Shown in pieces: positions 25,569 to 25,675 of a stretch of DNA of 25,675 nt. Numbering within the stretch: position 1 is the stretch's first letter; the number at the start of each line of letters is the position of its first letter. The position numbers and the translations under genes were made by a program. The stretch is from a virus. Its lineage: Duplodnaviria; Caudoviricetes. The notes beneath the pieces were generated by a model, which saw only the letters and a program-made list of their open reading frames with translations, made no database searches and was not told the DNA's origin. The stretch lies in IMG/VR virus record IMGVR_UViG_3300016484_000593, positions 1-25,675 of that record. The stretch is one strand, 5' to 3'.

Positions 25569-25643
25569 TCTGCCGTCCGTCGCTGTCCGAAACGGGCCGG
25601 ATTTGCAGGCATCCATACCGTGCGGCCCTGTCCGCCATTTGGG

Positions 25644-25675
25644 TTCACACGGCAGGGGTCGCAGGTTCGAACCCT
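25644..25675 (+). other. 3' half of tRNA-Val(CAC); prophage att core
   Basis: TT-CAC-AC GGCAG GGGTC GCAGG TTCGAAC CCT = anticodon loop, 3' anticodon stem, variable loop and T arm. The required 5' stem CTGCC and the D arm are absent upstream. Confidence 0.85.

Larger units (their letters stand above)
1..25675 (+). mobile_element. Right arm of a lambda-like temperate siphovirus prophage
   Basis: Co-oriented packaging, head, tail and lysis gene set ending at a tRNA fragment. Confidence 0.95.

Noticed and set aside
25600-25675. Complete tRNA gene
   Set aside because: No 5' acceptor strand, D arm or 5' anticodon stem upstream of 25644.
1-25675. Integron integrase, reverse transcriptase/DGR or invertase
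   Set aside because: No tyrosine-recombinase, YxDD or serine-recombinase motifs seen in any ORF, and no adenine-variable repeat pair noticed.

Overview
This is the right arm (packaging, virion and lysis genes) of a high-GC, lambda-like cos-type siphovirus prophage, with all credible genes on the + strand. The order is: cos-like region, small and large (gpA-type) terminase, Mor-family activator, gpW, lambda-type portal, a ~4.5 kb fibre/decoration-like module, fused protease-major capsid, DUF2190-like cement, head-tail connectors, tail tube, frameshifting chaperone, tape measure, tail tip, lysis genes and small accessory peptidases. The window ends in the 3' half of a tRNA-Val(CAC), the likely att site. 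The standout is 3420-4749, an integron-like array of three gene cassettes bounded by three well-formed attC-like sites and closed by an attI-like site, with no integrase in the window. The ORFs lie opposite to the canonical attC polarity, so they run with phage transcription. The attI-proximal cassette encodes an Acb2 (anti-CBASS sponge) homologue, which suggests a phage-borne, shufflable anti-defence cassette array. All family calls are from motif recognition by eye; no searches were run.
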